From contig JAISWH010000145.1 in NCBI GenBank assembly GCA_031271125.1, positions 1,900-65,899 on the forward strand: a DNA stretch of 64,000 nucleotides, written 5' to 3'. Below are positions 19,358 to 28,794 of this stretch, in pieces; within the stretch, counting starts at the first letter, position 1, and every line of letters begins with the position of its first letter. This DNA is from Dysgonamonadaceae bacterium (GTDB taxonomy: Bacteria; Bacteroidota; Bacteroidia; Bacteroidales; Azobacteroidaceae). The position numbers and the translations under genes are program-made. A model generated the notes under the pieces. The model did not search any database and had not been told where the DNA came from. It was given only the letters and a program-made list of their open reading frames with translations.

Positions 19358-20869
19358 TTAAACGCCTCCTACCGTTAATTGTTTTACTAATACTGTGGGT
19401 AAACCTTGCGAAACCGGACAACCTTGCCCGTTTTTCCCGCAAGTCCACGAACCTTGATCAATCTTTAAGTTATTACCTACCATCGTAATAGCGGCCAAAG
19501 CTTTCGGGCCGTTTCCAATGATATTGATATCCTTGATCGGTTGGGTTAATTTCCCGTTTTCAATCAGGTAACCGGTTTTGACAAAGAAAGTAAAATCGCC
19601 GGCTCCGATTTGAACCTGTCCGTTTGTGAAAGTATCTACGAAAATACCGTTTTTCACGTTTGCAATAATATCGTCTTGCGTGCAATTTCCGTTTTCCATG
19701 TATGTACTGCGCATACGGGGAATCGGTATGTAACGGAACGATTGACGGCGTCCGTTTCCGGTAGGTTCGACTCCATAATGTTTCGCGCTGATGCGGTCGT
19801 GCAGGTAAGAAGCCAATTCGCCGTTTTTCACGATATAGGTTTTTTGCACTCCTATCCCTTCGTCGTCGAAATTGATGGAACCCCGGTCAAAATCAATGGT
19901 TCCGTCATCGACTACATTGATGTTTTTATCACAGATTATTTTACCCAATCTATCGGAAAAGATAGAAACGTTTTTCCGGTTAAAATCAGCTTCGAAAGCG
20001 TGGCCGATGGCTTCGTGCAGCAGGATACCCGAACCTCCGGCAGCCATTACGACAGGCATTTCTCCTCCTTTCGGTTTTACGGCGTCGAACATAATCGCCG
20101 TTTTTGCCACGGCCTCCTGTGCAATTTCTTCTATCACAGCGCCGGAAAGGAAAGAAACATCTTTCCGCGCAGCCCGCGACGAATAGCCGTTTTCGATTTT
20201 ATCGCCTTGTTGCATCACACAACCGCCATAGAGTTGAATCATCGGGCGAATGTCATGACAAAACAGGCCTTCGGAATTGTAATAAAGGATGTACGATGTG
20301 GCGTCATTTATCGAGGCATTCACTTTGATTATCCGCGAATCCAATTCAAAAATCCGGTCATTCAGTTTTTGAAGATAAGGCATTTTATCTTTGACGGATT
20401 CATCTTCCCATGATTTCAGGATGGGATAATGCGTCTTGAAAGTCTTTTCGTCGACCTTGACAGGCGGTGTTTTGGCCGTACCGTTTGAGATACGGGAAGC
20501 CACCCTCGCCGCTTTAATCATCTCGTTTACATCAGTGTTCTCAACAAAAGCGTATCCCTGCTGGTCGCCGGATACAACACGGATTCCTACGCCATAATCA
20601 ATATTCGAAAAAGCGCGGTTTACGGCGCGGTCTTGCAAAACCAACGAGTTGGAAAATGTATGTTCAAAAAACAAATCGGCATAATCGCCGCCTTTCTCCA
20701 AAGCGACGGCCATTACTTTCCTCAAATCGCTTTCCGTTACATTAAAATGATTTAACATCATTACCAATGCATCTTTTTCTTTATTCATTTGAGCATACAT
20801 CAAATCGGGAAATGCAAGACTTCCCGTCAATGCAATTCCTCCCGCCCTTAAAAAATCTCTTCTTTTCAT
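19358..20869 (-). CDS. tldD: TldD metalloprotease with a twin-arginine signal peptide
   Basis: LLHEAIGH zinc motif, GNGRR, PIPRM, CGKNGQGCPV; N-terminus MKRRDFLRAGG. Confidence 0.93.
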   Translation of the reverse strand: MKRRDFLRAGGIALTGSLAFPDLMYAQMNKEKDALVMMLNHFNVTESDLRKVMAVALEKGGDYADLFFEHTFSNSLVLQDRAVNRAFSNIDYGVGIRVVSGDQQGYAFVENTDVNEMIKAARVASRISNGTAKTPPVKVDEKTFKTHYPILKSWEDESVKDKMPYLQKLNDRIFELDSRIIKVNASINDATSYILYYNSEGLFCHDIRPMIQLYGGCVMQQGDKIENGYSSRAARKDVSFLSGAVIEEIAQEAVAKTAIMFDAVKPKGGEMPVVMAAGGSGILLHEAIGHAFEADFNRKNVSIFSDRLGKIICDKNINVVDDGTIDFDRGSINFDDEGIGVQKTYIVKNGELASYLHDRISAKHYGVEPTGNGRRQSFRYIPIPRMRSTYMENGNCTQDDIIANVKNGIFVDTFTNGQVQIGAGDFTFFVKTGYLIENGKLTQPIKDINIIGNGPKALAAITMVGNNLKIDQGSWTCGKNGQGCPVSQGLPTVLVKQLTVGGV

Positions 20870-20901
20870 GCATCATTTTCTTAGTGGAATTAATATTTTT
20901 G

Positions 20902-20981
20902 CAAAAATAATAACTATTTTCCAGATAACGAACGATTCGCCGATTTAGTTTGGTTTATGTAATAAAAAGTCGTTACCTTTG
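20902..20981. promoter_or_regulatory. Divergent promoters for tldD (-) and the MBL-fold gene (+)
   Basis: TATTTTTG on - at 20902-20909; TTTG at 20949-20952 and TACCTTTG at 20974-20981 on +. Confidence 0.65.
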
Positions 20982-21005
20982 CAGCGCAAATAAGAACAAC
21001 TAATT

Positions 21006-21647
21006 ATGTTACAAATAAAAGTTTTTGTTTTCAATCCGGTACGGGAAAACACTTACCTTTTGTATGACGAAACAAAAGAAGCGGTCGTCATTGATTGCGG
21101 CGCCTACACCGACGGCGAAAAGAAACAACTATCGGATTTTATCCGTGAAAAAGGACTTACATTGAAACATGTTTTGAATACGCATCTGCATTTCGACCAT
21201 ATTTTAGGAAACCATTTTCTTTACGAAACTTACGGATTAAAACCCGAATATAATCCGGCAGACGAAACAATGCCCGGCCTGAAAGAAGGTATCGTGAAAT
21301 TCGGATTCTCTACTTTCAAATACGATACTGTTTTTGCCGAACAATATATTGAAGATAAAGAAATTATCTCTTTCGGAAACACCCGCATGGAAGCCTTATC
21401 AACACCCGGACATTCCCCCGGAAGCCTTTCGTTTTATTCCGAAAAAGACGCTTGTGTCTTCACCGGCGACGCCCTGTTCCGGTTCGGTATCGGGCGGACG
21501 GATTTATGGGGAGGCGATTACGAAGAACTAATACAATCTATTAGAAACAAACTGCTGACCCTACCCGACAATACGGTCGTTTACCCCGGACACGAGGAAA
21601 CTTCGACCGTTGGCGAGGAAAAAAAACATAATCCCTATACAGGGTAA
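21006..21647 (+). CDS. MBL-fold metallo-hydrolase (glyoxalase II/YcbL-like)
   Basis: THLHFDH, TPGHSPGS, FTGDALF..GIGRTD, YPGH. Confidence 0.92.
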   Translation: MLQIKVFVFNPVRENTYLLYDETKEAVVIDCGAYTDGEKKQLSDFIREKGLTLKHVLNTHLHFDHILGNHFLYETYGLKPEYNPADETMPGLKEGIVKFGFSTFKYDTVFAEQYIEDKEIISFGNTRMEALSTPGHSPGSLSFYSEKDACVFTGDALFRFGIGRTDLWGGDYEELIQSIRNKLLTLPDNTVVYPGHEETSTVGEEKKHNPYTG

Positions 21648-21711
21648 AAGCAAAAGACGAAAGGCGAAAGAACAAGTATCTCTTTTGCCTTTTGCCTTGT
21701 ACCTTTTGCCC
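21641..21711. repeat. Inverted heptamer-repeat hairpin (AAAGGCG-type vs TTTTGCC units) at the MBL gene stop
   Basis: AGGGTAAAAGCAAAAGACGAAAGGCGAAAG ... CTTTTGCCTTTTGCCTTGTACCTTTTGCCC. Confidence 0.8.
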
Positions 21712-21731
21712 GTTTTAATAACAAAATAATT

Positions 21732-24581
21732 ATGACAAACAATTTTGCAACCCGCCACATCGGCGTAAATGAAAAAGAAGAGGAAAAAATGTTAGCCGCC
21801 ATAGGCGTTTCGAGTATGAAACAACTCATCGACGAAACAATTCCTCAAAACATCCGACTGAAACAAACTTTGGAATTGCCGGAAGCCATGACCGAACGCG
21901 AATATTCCGAACATATCGCTGAAATTATTTCCCAAAACGAAGTTTTCACTTCCTACATCGGCATGGGTTGGTACGACACGGAAGCGCCCGCCGCAATTAT
22001 CCGCAATGTATTTGAAAATCCCGTTTGGTACACGTCCTACACGCCTTATCAAGCCGAAATTTCACAGGGACGGTTGGAAGCCCTACTCAATTTCCAAACC
22101 ATGATTTGCGACTTGACCGCTTTGCCGTTGGCCAATTGCTCCCTGCTCGACGAAGCGACCGCCGCCGCCGAAGCCGCTCACATGCTTTTCGGCGCCAGAA
22201 GCCGCGAACAAGTCGCGAACAACGCCAATATTCTGTTCGTCGATGAAAAAATCTTCGACTCTACACTCGCTGTGATACAAACGCGGATAGCTTCCCATGG
22301 CATTGAACTGCACAAAGGCGATTACAAAACATACGCTTTTACCGATAAAGTTTTCGGCGCTATCGTGCAATATCCCAATGCGGACGGTTCCATAGAAGAC
22401 TATACGGAATTCGTAGCCCGCGCCGCTGCGGCCGGAGCTAAAACGGCTGTCGCCGCCGACTTGTTAAGTCTCTGTATCCTGACGCCTCCCGGCGAATGGG
22501 GAGCCGACGTCGTTTTCGGAAGCTCCCAGCGTTTCGGAATACCTATGTTTTACGGCGGACCTTCTGCCGCATACATGGCCGCCAAAGACGAATACAAACG
22601 GATTATACCCGGAAGAATTATCGGCATATCCAAAGACGCTTATGGAAAAACGGCTTACCGAATGGCTTTGCAAACCCGCGAACAACATATTAAACGCGAA
22701 AAAGCGACCTCCAACATTTGCACCGCTCAGGCTTTGTTAGCCACAATGGCTTCATTCTATGCCGTTTACCACGGGCCGGACGGACTGAAAGCCATTGCGG
22801 AAAAAGTACACGTCCATGCGGGATTTTTGTCTAAAGAACTTGCTGATTTGGGTTACATTCAGGAAAATAAAAATTTCTTCGACACCTTGAAAATCCGTTT
22901 GCCGGAACGAGCATCGTTGGATGTCTTGCGGGAAACGGCGCTCGAATGTAAGGTAAATCTCCGTTATTACAACGATGAACAATATGTCGGCCTCAGCGTT
23001 GACGAAACGACTCAACCGGAAGACATCGGCGTTCTGCTGTATATTTTTGCAAGCGCTATCCAATCGGAAAAAACTTTGGATAAGGAAATTCCCGGCAAAA
23101 TTTATTTCGACGCCCGTTTTCTGCGTACAAGCGCCTATCTGACGCATCCGGTGTTTAATTCCTATCGTACGGAAACCGAATTGATGCGTTATATCAAACG
23201 GTTGGAACGAAAAGACATATCTTTGACTCATTCGATGATTTCCTTGGGTTCATGCACCATGAAACTGAATGCGGCGGCTGAAATGTTGCCGCTTCACTTG
23301 CCCGGCCTGGCCAATATACATCCGTATGCGCCTCAGGAACAGACGGAAGGCTACCGGGAACTGATTGAAAACCTGTCGGATTATCTGGCTACCATTACCG
23401 GTTTGCCCGGCGTCAGTTTCCAGCCCAATTCGGGTGCGGCAGGCGAATATGCAGGTTTGGTAACTATCCGTAAATTCCATGAACACAACGGACAAGCGCA
23501 ACGGAACATTGTTTTGGTACCCGCTTCCGCACACGGCACCAATCCGGCAAGCGCCGTTCAAGCCGGGTTCGTTCCCGTCAACATCAAAACCGATGAGTTG
23601 GGAAATACCGACATCGAAGATTTACGGGCAAAAGCCGAAGAACATAAAGATTCGCTGGCTGCTTTGATGATTACCTATCCTTCTACCCACGGGATTTTCG
23701 AGACAAATATCGTAGAAATGTGTAAAATCATTCATGCCAACGGCGGACAGGTTTACATGGACGGCGCAAACATGAACGCCCAAGTCGGACTGACCAATCC
23801 CGGTTTCATCGGCGCCGATGTCTGTCATCTGAATTTGCACAAAACATTTGCAAGTCCCCACGGCGGAGGCGGCCCCGGCGAAGGCCCGATTTGTACCGCC
23901 CGCCATTTGATTCCCTTCCTTCCGTCCCATCCGGTAGCGGACGATTCTTTCCTGAATACCGTTGCTGCTTCGCCTTTCGGTAGTGCGGGCATCCTGCCCA
24001 TCACTTACGGATACATCCGCATGATGGGCGTCGAAGGATTGACTAAAGCCACTGAAATTGCTATTTTGAACGCTAATTATCTGGCTGCCCGATTGGGAAA
24101 TGCCTTCGGCATCGTTTACAAAGGCGTGCAGGGTAGGGTAGGGCATGAGTTGATTCTGGATTGCCGGAACATCAAAGATTATGCGGGAGTAACCGAAACG
24201 GATATTGCCAAACGCTTGATTGACTTCGGATTTCACGCTCCTACTTTATCTTTTCCGGTTCATGGAACGTTGATGATCGAGCCGACCGAAAGCGAAAGTC
24301 CCTGCGAATTGGATCGTTTCGTCGAAGTCATGCTGACTATTCGGGCGGAAATAGAAGAAATTGCCGCCGGCAAAGCGGACAAAACGGACAATGTGCTAAT
24401 CAATGCGCCACATCCCCAATACGAAGTTTGCGCCGACGAATGGCGCCACGTCTATCCGAGAAGCAAAGCGGCCTTTCCTTTGGAATGGATTCGCGACAAC
24501 AAATTCTGGGTCGATATTGCCCGTGTGGATAATGCTTTCGGAGACCGGAATTTAGTCAATAAATTACCGGAATTTCGTTAA
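21732..24581 (+). CDS. gcvP: Glycine dehydrogenase (glycine cleavage P protein)
   Basis: YTPYQAEISQGRLE, QTREQHIKREKATSNICTAQ, LGSCTMKLN, HLNLHKTF, IEPTESE. Confidence 0.98.
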   Translation: MTNNFATRHIGVNEKEEEKMLAAIGVSSMKQLIDETIPQNIRLKQTLELPEAMTEREYSEHIAEIISQNEVFTSYIGMGWYDTEAPAAIIRNVFENPVWYTSYTPYQAEISQGRLEALLNFQTMICDLTALPLANCSLLDEATAAAEAAHMLFGARSREQVANNANILFVDEKIFDSTLAVIQTRIASHGIELHKGDYKTYAFTDKVFGAIVQYPNADGSIEDYTEFVARAAAAGAKTAVAADLLSLCILTPPGEWGADVVFGSSQRFGIPMFYGGPSAAYMAAKDEYKRIIPGRIIGISKDAYGKTAYRMALQTREQHIKREKATSNICTAQALLATMASFYAVYHGPDGLKAIAEKVHVHAGFLSKELADLGYIQENKNFFDTLKIRLPERASLDVLRETALECKVNLRYYNDEQYVGLSVDETTQPEDIGVLLYIFASAIQSEKTLDKEIPGKIYFDARFLRTSAYLTHPVFNSYRTETELMRYIKRLERKDISLTHSMISLGSCTMKLNAAAEMLPLHLPGLANIHPYAPQEQTEGYRELIENLSDYLATITGLPGVSFQPNSGAAGEYAGLVTIRKFHEHNGQAQRNIVLVPASAHGTNPASAVQAGFVPVNIKTDELGNTDIEDLRAKAEEHKDSLAALMITYPSTHGIFETNIVEMCKIIHANGGQVYMDGANMNAQVGLTNPGFIGADVCHLNLHKTFASPHGGGGPGEGPICTARHLIPFLPSHPVADDSFLNTVAASPFGSAGILPITYGYIRMMGVEGLTKATEIAILNANYLAARLGNAFGIVYKGVQGRVGHELILDCRNIKDYAGVTETDIAKRLIDFGFHAPTLSFPVHGTLMIEPTESESPCELDRFVEVMLTIRAEIEEIAAGKADKTDNVLINAPHPQYEVCADEWRHVYPRSKAAFPLEWIRDNKFWVDIARVDNAFGDRNLVNKLPEFR

Positions 24582-24701
24582 ATAAAATTTGTTTATTATA
24601 TAAAACAAAGCGTTAAAATAGCCTATAAGTCTGTTTATATGCAAATTTTATTATACCTTTGCACAACCAATACGCTTATTTATATTAATAATTTTAGAAC
24701 A

Positions 24702-25127
24702 ATGAAAGTTATGTTAAGAAAAAGATTTTTAAAGTATGTGTTGAATATTTCCGTTTTAATGGGTTTTTGTGCGATGGCAAATGCCAATGTTTTGCCTACA
24801 GCTGAAGATGGAAAAGTTGCAGTGGATAAAACCATCCATGATTTCGGCACGATAAAAGAAGATAGTAGTAACGTTAACGCCGTTTTTACAATTATAAATA
24901 CGACAAAAGTTCCTATTATATTAAGTGAAGTAAGGGCTTCTTGCGGCTGCACAACTTCGGAGTGGACGAAAGAACCGATAGAACCCGGAAAAACCGGAAA
25001 AATTACAGCTACTTATAATCCGAAAGGGAATCTCGGACCATTTGAAAAATCAGTAACGATCAATGTTTCTGTCGAAGATAAAATCCAGACAATCGTTGTC
25101 AAAGTGAAGGGAACTGTTGCTGAATAA
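24702..25127 (+). CDS. DUF1573 Ig-like secreted protein
   Basis: Signal peptide, HDFGTI, ASCGCT, PIEPGKTG; -7 box TACCTTTG at 24654-24661. Confidence 0.85.
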   Translation: MKVMLRKRFLKYVLNISVLMGFCAMANANVLPTAEDGKVAVDKTIHDFGTIKEDSSNVNAVFTIINTTKVPIILSEVRASCGCTTSEWTKEPIEPGKTGKITATYNPKGNLGPFEKSVTINVSVEDKIQTIVVKVKGTVAE

Positions 25128-25153
25128 TATTTTTTAGAACGCTAATCCGTATT

Positions 25154-25293
25154 AGTTGACAAGTAAACGAGTAAACAAGTCACTGCTCTTTATACCCTGT
25201 TTACTCGTCAACTCGTTAACTTGTTTACTCGTCAACTCGTCAACTCGTTAACTTGTTTACTCGTCAACTCGTCAACTCGTTAACTTGTCAACT
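25154..25293. repeat. Octamer-repeat array (GTCAACTC/GTTTACTC/GTTAACTT) with an inverted left arm
   Basis: AGTTGACAAGTAAACGAGTAAACAAGT followed by ~12 complementary 8-mer units; overlaps the EamA gene stop. Confidence 0.9.
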
Positions 25294-26207
25294 TTTTCTT
25301 TCCGTTCCACCTCCAACTGCGCCCGTGATTTACTGTGTGTCACGACATAAACCCCAGCGAAAACCAAAATCGTGGCAAGCCCTTTCTTCCAACCGAAAAC
25401 ATCCATCCCAATTGCAATTGCAACAAGCGAAGACACAACCGGTTGTACATAATTGTACATGCTGACTATGGTTGGCCTCAGCAGTTTTTGTCCGATGGGT
25501 ATCATGAGATAACAGAAAAAAGTTGCAAGTCCCACAATGTATAGGATTTCCAGCCATGTTTTTAGCGAAAAAGCCCCGTAATCAACGGCGCTTACATCGT
25601 GCAGACAAAAGGGGAGGCTACATATAAACGCAAAAAGATACATCCATTTCATTAAGGTAACGGGGCTGTATCGCAAAATCAAATTTTTGAACGCGGTTAA
25701 GTAAATAACGAATGACAAAGTGCTGAGTATGCACAACAAATTTCCTGTGAGACTTGCTCCGCCTCGATCCATATTGTTGTTGAATATCAGCAACAATGCT
25801 CCCGACGCTCCAATGAAAACCCCGATGGCTTTCTGCCAGGTGATTGGTTCTTTGAGGAAAAAAGCGGCCAAAAGCATAGTCAGTATCGGCGCAACGGTAA
25901 CAATCACCGAAGCATCAATGGGAGAAGTTCCGGAAAGACCTATCACATATAACAACTGATTAAAGAATATTCCCGCCATCGAAGCGCCAAAAAGCAGAAG
26001 TAAATCACGGCGCACCACTTTTTCTTTGCGCGTAAACAAAGATGCTGTCCAAAAAAGAAAAGCCGCCCCTCCTATCCGGTAGAATGTCAAAGCAACAGGC
26101 GAAATTTCGCCGTCCGTCAACACAGACTTCATAACAGGTACGTTAAGCCCGAAAATAATATATGCGACGGACAACGCGATGTGCCCCGCAGGATGTTTTT
26201 CCGTCAT
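25272..26207 (-). CDS. EamA/DMT family transporter
   Basis: ~10 TM helices in two EamA repeats, LKEPITW.K..G, YVQPVVS. Confidence 0.9.
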   Translation of the reverse strand: MTEKHPAGHIALSVAYIIFGLNVPVMKSVLTDGEISPVALTFYRIGGAAFLFWTASLFTRKEKVVRRDLLLLFGASMAGIFFNQLLYVIGLSGTSPIDASVIVTVAPILTMLLAAFFLKEPITWQKAIGVFIGASGALLLIFNNNMDRGGASLTGNLLCILSTLSFVIYLTAFKNLILRYSPVTLMKWMYLFAFICSLPFCLHDVSAVDYGAFSLKTWLEILYIVGLATFFCYLMIPIGQKLLRPTIVSMYNYVQPVVSSLVAIAIGMDVFGWKKGLATILVFAGVYVVTHSKSRAQLEVERKEKVDKLTS

Positions 26208-26211
26208 TCCG

Positions 26212-27459
26212 TTATTCTTGATTTGGAATTTCTATCAGTCTGAAATAGTTGATGTCATAGCGTGTCGGCGTATCCACTTTCGGAGCATCCTTGATAGTCC
26301 GATTGCCGGTCTTTCTGACAAAACCATCCCAACCCGCAGGATTTGTTCGTTTTACATACCTGAAAAAAGCCGCCCATTGAGCAATATTTTCAACTGTGGA
26401 ATATACCAAAGGATTGTAGCTTTTTAAAAGTTTCCAATTCTTGTCGAAGGTAGTCGAATATTGATTCAATAGGCTTAATTTTATTCCTATTTCCGCATCA
26501 TTCAACCGGTTCAATGAATCCAGGCGGTCGATTGCATTGACAATTTCGCGCATCGGGTAAGGATTAAAAATTTCTTCGCTCCGATTGGCTTTCAAAATTT
26601 TCAACAAACCTTCCAAATTCGTCTTCGGATTCAAATCTGAAGTATATTTATTTCCCAGAAAAATCTTTGAATTGGTTTCGATCTTGACATAAGTTTGCTC
26701 AATTTCTTTCCGCAGGTTATCAATGTGTTCCAAATCACTTTCGTCTTTCGTAAAAAGATAATAAGGATGACCGGTAAATTGAAGTTTCTCATTCTTGACA
26801 TCAAAACCGATATTTGCATTTTTATCCGTGAGAACAAAAGAGGTAAACGGTTTGCCGTCGCCGCAAAGATCATCATACAATGTTTGTTCGATTAAATTGT
26901 TCTCCTTCGGAACATAATGTTTTTCCGACCGGGCAAGTATATATTCGCCTTCCGAATTTACCGGCAAGTCCCAAAGCAAATTAGGAAGATTCAACAAGTC
27001 GGCTTCAAAAATTCTCAATCCCGCTAAAGTATTCAAAAAAGCAGGATGATACAGGCATTGCGCCTGCTTATTAGAACCCGTATCCCCCAATGGCGAAAAT
27101 AAGACCTGATACGGGCTATCGGCAAATTTTACGGTAGGAATCAACAGCCAATTAGGTAATTCCGGATAAATTTTTTTATTGCCGATCGTAACGACAAATC
27201 GGTCGAATTCATAATCTAAGGAAATTTTACTATTTCTAACGGCTTTCGATGGAATTGCAACCGATTCAAAGGAAATACCTCCGATCCTTCCGTGGAACGA
27301 ATAAGAACCTACATTCGCCTTTTCCTGTATGGAACGCGCCGAATTACTTAAAAAAGATTCATAATATAAATCAATGATATTCAGCGATTGCTGCCCGTAT
27401 GTCAAATGAGCAGAGAACAACAAGAAAACAATTAAATTTAGTTTTGAATAATTCATCAT
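26212..27459 (-). CDS. Secreted protein of unknown function
   Basis: 415 aa ORF with a Sec signal peptide (TYG/QQ); no family recognised. Confidence 0.75.
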   Translation of the reverse strand: MMNYSKLNLIVFLLFSAHLTYGQQSLNIIDLYYESFLSNSARSIQEKANVGSYSFHGRIGGISFESVAIPSKAVRNSKISLDYEFDRFVVTIGNKKIYPELPNWLLIPTVKFADSPYQVLFSPLGDTGSNKQAQCLYHPAFLNTLAGLRIFEADLLNLPNLLWDLPVNSEGEYILARSEKHYVPKENNLIEQTLYDDLCGDGKPFTSFVLTDKNANIGFDVKNEKLQFTGHPYYLFTKDESDLEHIDNLRKEIEQTYVKIETNSKIFLGNKYTSDLNPKTNLEGLLKILKANRSEEIFNPYPMREIVNAIDRLDSLNRLNDAEIGIKLSLLNQYSTTFDKNWKLLKSYNPLVYSTVENIAQWAAFFRYVKRTNPAGWDGFVRKTGNRTIKDAPKVDTPTRYDINYFRLIEIPNQE

Positions 27460-27497
27460 TTGAAAGTTAATTTTATTGTTATTTTTAATTTACTCCT

Positions 27498-27585
27498 TTA
27501 CCTCTTAGCCCTCTAAAGGGAGAATTGCCGTCGTAGCGTATTCAACTTCGCTGCCCCAACTCTCCCTTCAGGGGGTTGGGGGTAA
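27498..27585 (-). mobile_element. 88 bp palindromic REP/MITE-like element overlapping the M24 peptidase stop
   Basis: Reverse complement TTACCCCCAACCCCCTGAAGGGAGAGTTGGGGCAGCGAAGTTGAATACG...CTCCCTTTAGAGGGCTAAGAGGTAA aligns end-to-end with 11626-11712. Confidence 0.85.
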
Positions 27586-28740
27586 TAGATTAATAATATC
27601 TTCCTCAAAAACGGTCAGTTTTTCTATGCCGGAATCCGTGACGAGATAGGTATTCTCATTTCCCACCGCACCGATTCCCGGCAATACAAACTTAGGTTCG
27701 TAAGCAAAAACCATGCCCGGCAGCAAACGATCTTTCGATCGCCCCATCAACACAGGCAGCTCGTTGATTTCCAATCCAACTCCATGACCGACAAATTTAG
27801 CCTGTTGGGCAGTCCCCATGAAATTAGCTGCAAATCCGTCCTTTTCGGCCATTTGGATCGACCATTCAAAAATCTCGGCGCAACTTGTTTCCGGACCCGC
27901 TTTTTCCATCAACCGGTTGTGCATATCCATCGAAAGCCGATGCGCCCGGTAAGCCTCTTGGGGAAGTTCGCCGAAAGAGAAAACACGTGTCATATCCGAC
28001 AGATAAGCGGTAAAATTTCCCGCCATATCAATCATTACGGACGTTCCTTCCCGAACGATTTCCCCGCTTGCTCCAATCGGAATCGTAGGATGAAGCCCGG
28101 CGCCGCCCAAAGCAAAATCAAAGGGCGAAGGTTGCGCCGCATTATCTCCGGTCAGGACACTTCCCATAAAAATATCCATATTCCGGCCGTAAACCCTGAA
28201 AATACCAAGAGAACCGTGTTTGCGTATAATCCGCTCAATTTCAATCTGAAATTCGATGTCCGTCATTCCTTTTCGGAAAACAGAGGGAATCTCATGATAA
28301 GCCTTCGCATGTTTGACGGCGGAAATGCGAAATTGCTCAATTTCCCAAGGTGTTTTAATCATACGCGCCTGCCGCAGGATTGTACTTACATTTCCGGTAC
28401 GTGCAGGATTAAACGCTTTTTCCAAACGAACAAACTCGCTATAAGTAATTTGATCTTCCTCCAGAAAAAGGTTTTCCGGTAAAGGAATATTACGCTCATT
28501 GAGTAAACCGGGAATATCTTCCGGTTTTCGGATTGAAACGACTTGCTCGCTGTCCCAACCTAAAGGTCGCTGAACAAAAAAAACCGGCTTGCCTTCCGCC
28601 GGAAGATATAAAAACCCCGTAAATACTTGTCCTGTAAGATAATAAATATTTACATTGGTAGAAATCAAACAGGCGTCGCTTCCGGCTTCTACAAGTAGTT
28701 TTTGCACTGAATCCCAACGGATTCGCAGGTCTTTATTCAT
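27568..28740 (-). CDS. M24 Xaa-Pro aminopeptidase family protein
   Basis: RMIKTPWEI, D...Y.SDMTR, GHGVGLEINE.P, EPK, ENT metal ligands. Confidence 0.92.
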   Translation of the reverse strand: MNKDLRIRWDSVQKLLVEAGSDACLISTNVNIYYLTGQVFTGFLYLPAEGKPVFFVQRPLGWDSEQVVSIRKPEDIPGLLNERNIPLPENLFLEEDQITYSEFVRLEKAFNPARTGNVSTILRQARMIKTPWEIEQFRISAVKHAKAYHEIPSVFRKGMTDIEFQIEIERIIRKHGSLGIFRVYGRNMDIFMGSVLTGDNAAQPSPFDFALGGAGLHPTIPIGASGEIVREGTSVMIDMAGNFTAYLSDMTRVFSFGELPQEAYRAHRLSMDMHNRLMEKAGPETSCAEIFEWSIQMAEKDGFAANFMGTAQQAKFVGHGVGLEINELPVLMGRSKDRLLPGMVFAYEPKFVLPGIGAVGNENTYLVTDSGIEKLTVFEEDIINLLPPTP

Positions 28741-28794
28741 AAAAATACATTGAAATATTATGCGAAATTATAATTATTTTCGTAATTTTGCAAT

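Noticed and set aside
25154-25293. Possible CRISPR array
   Set aside because: Units are contiguous 8-mers with no unique spacers, and no cas genes are present.
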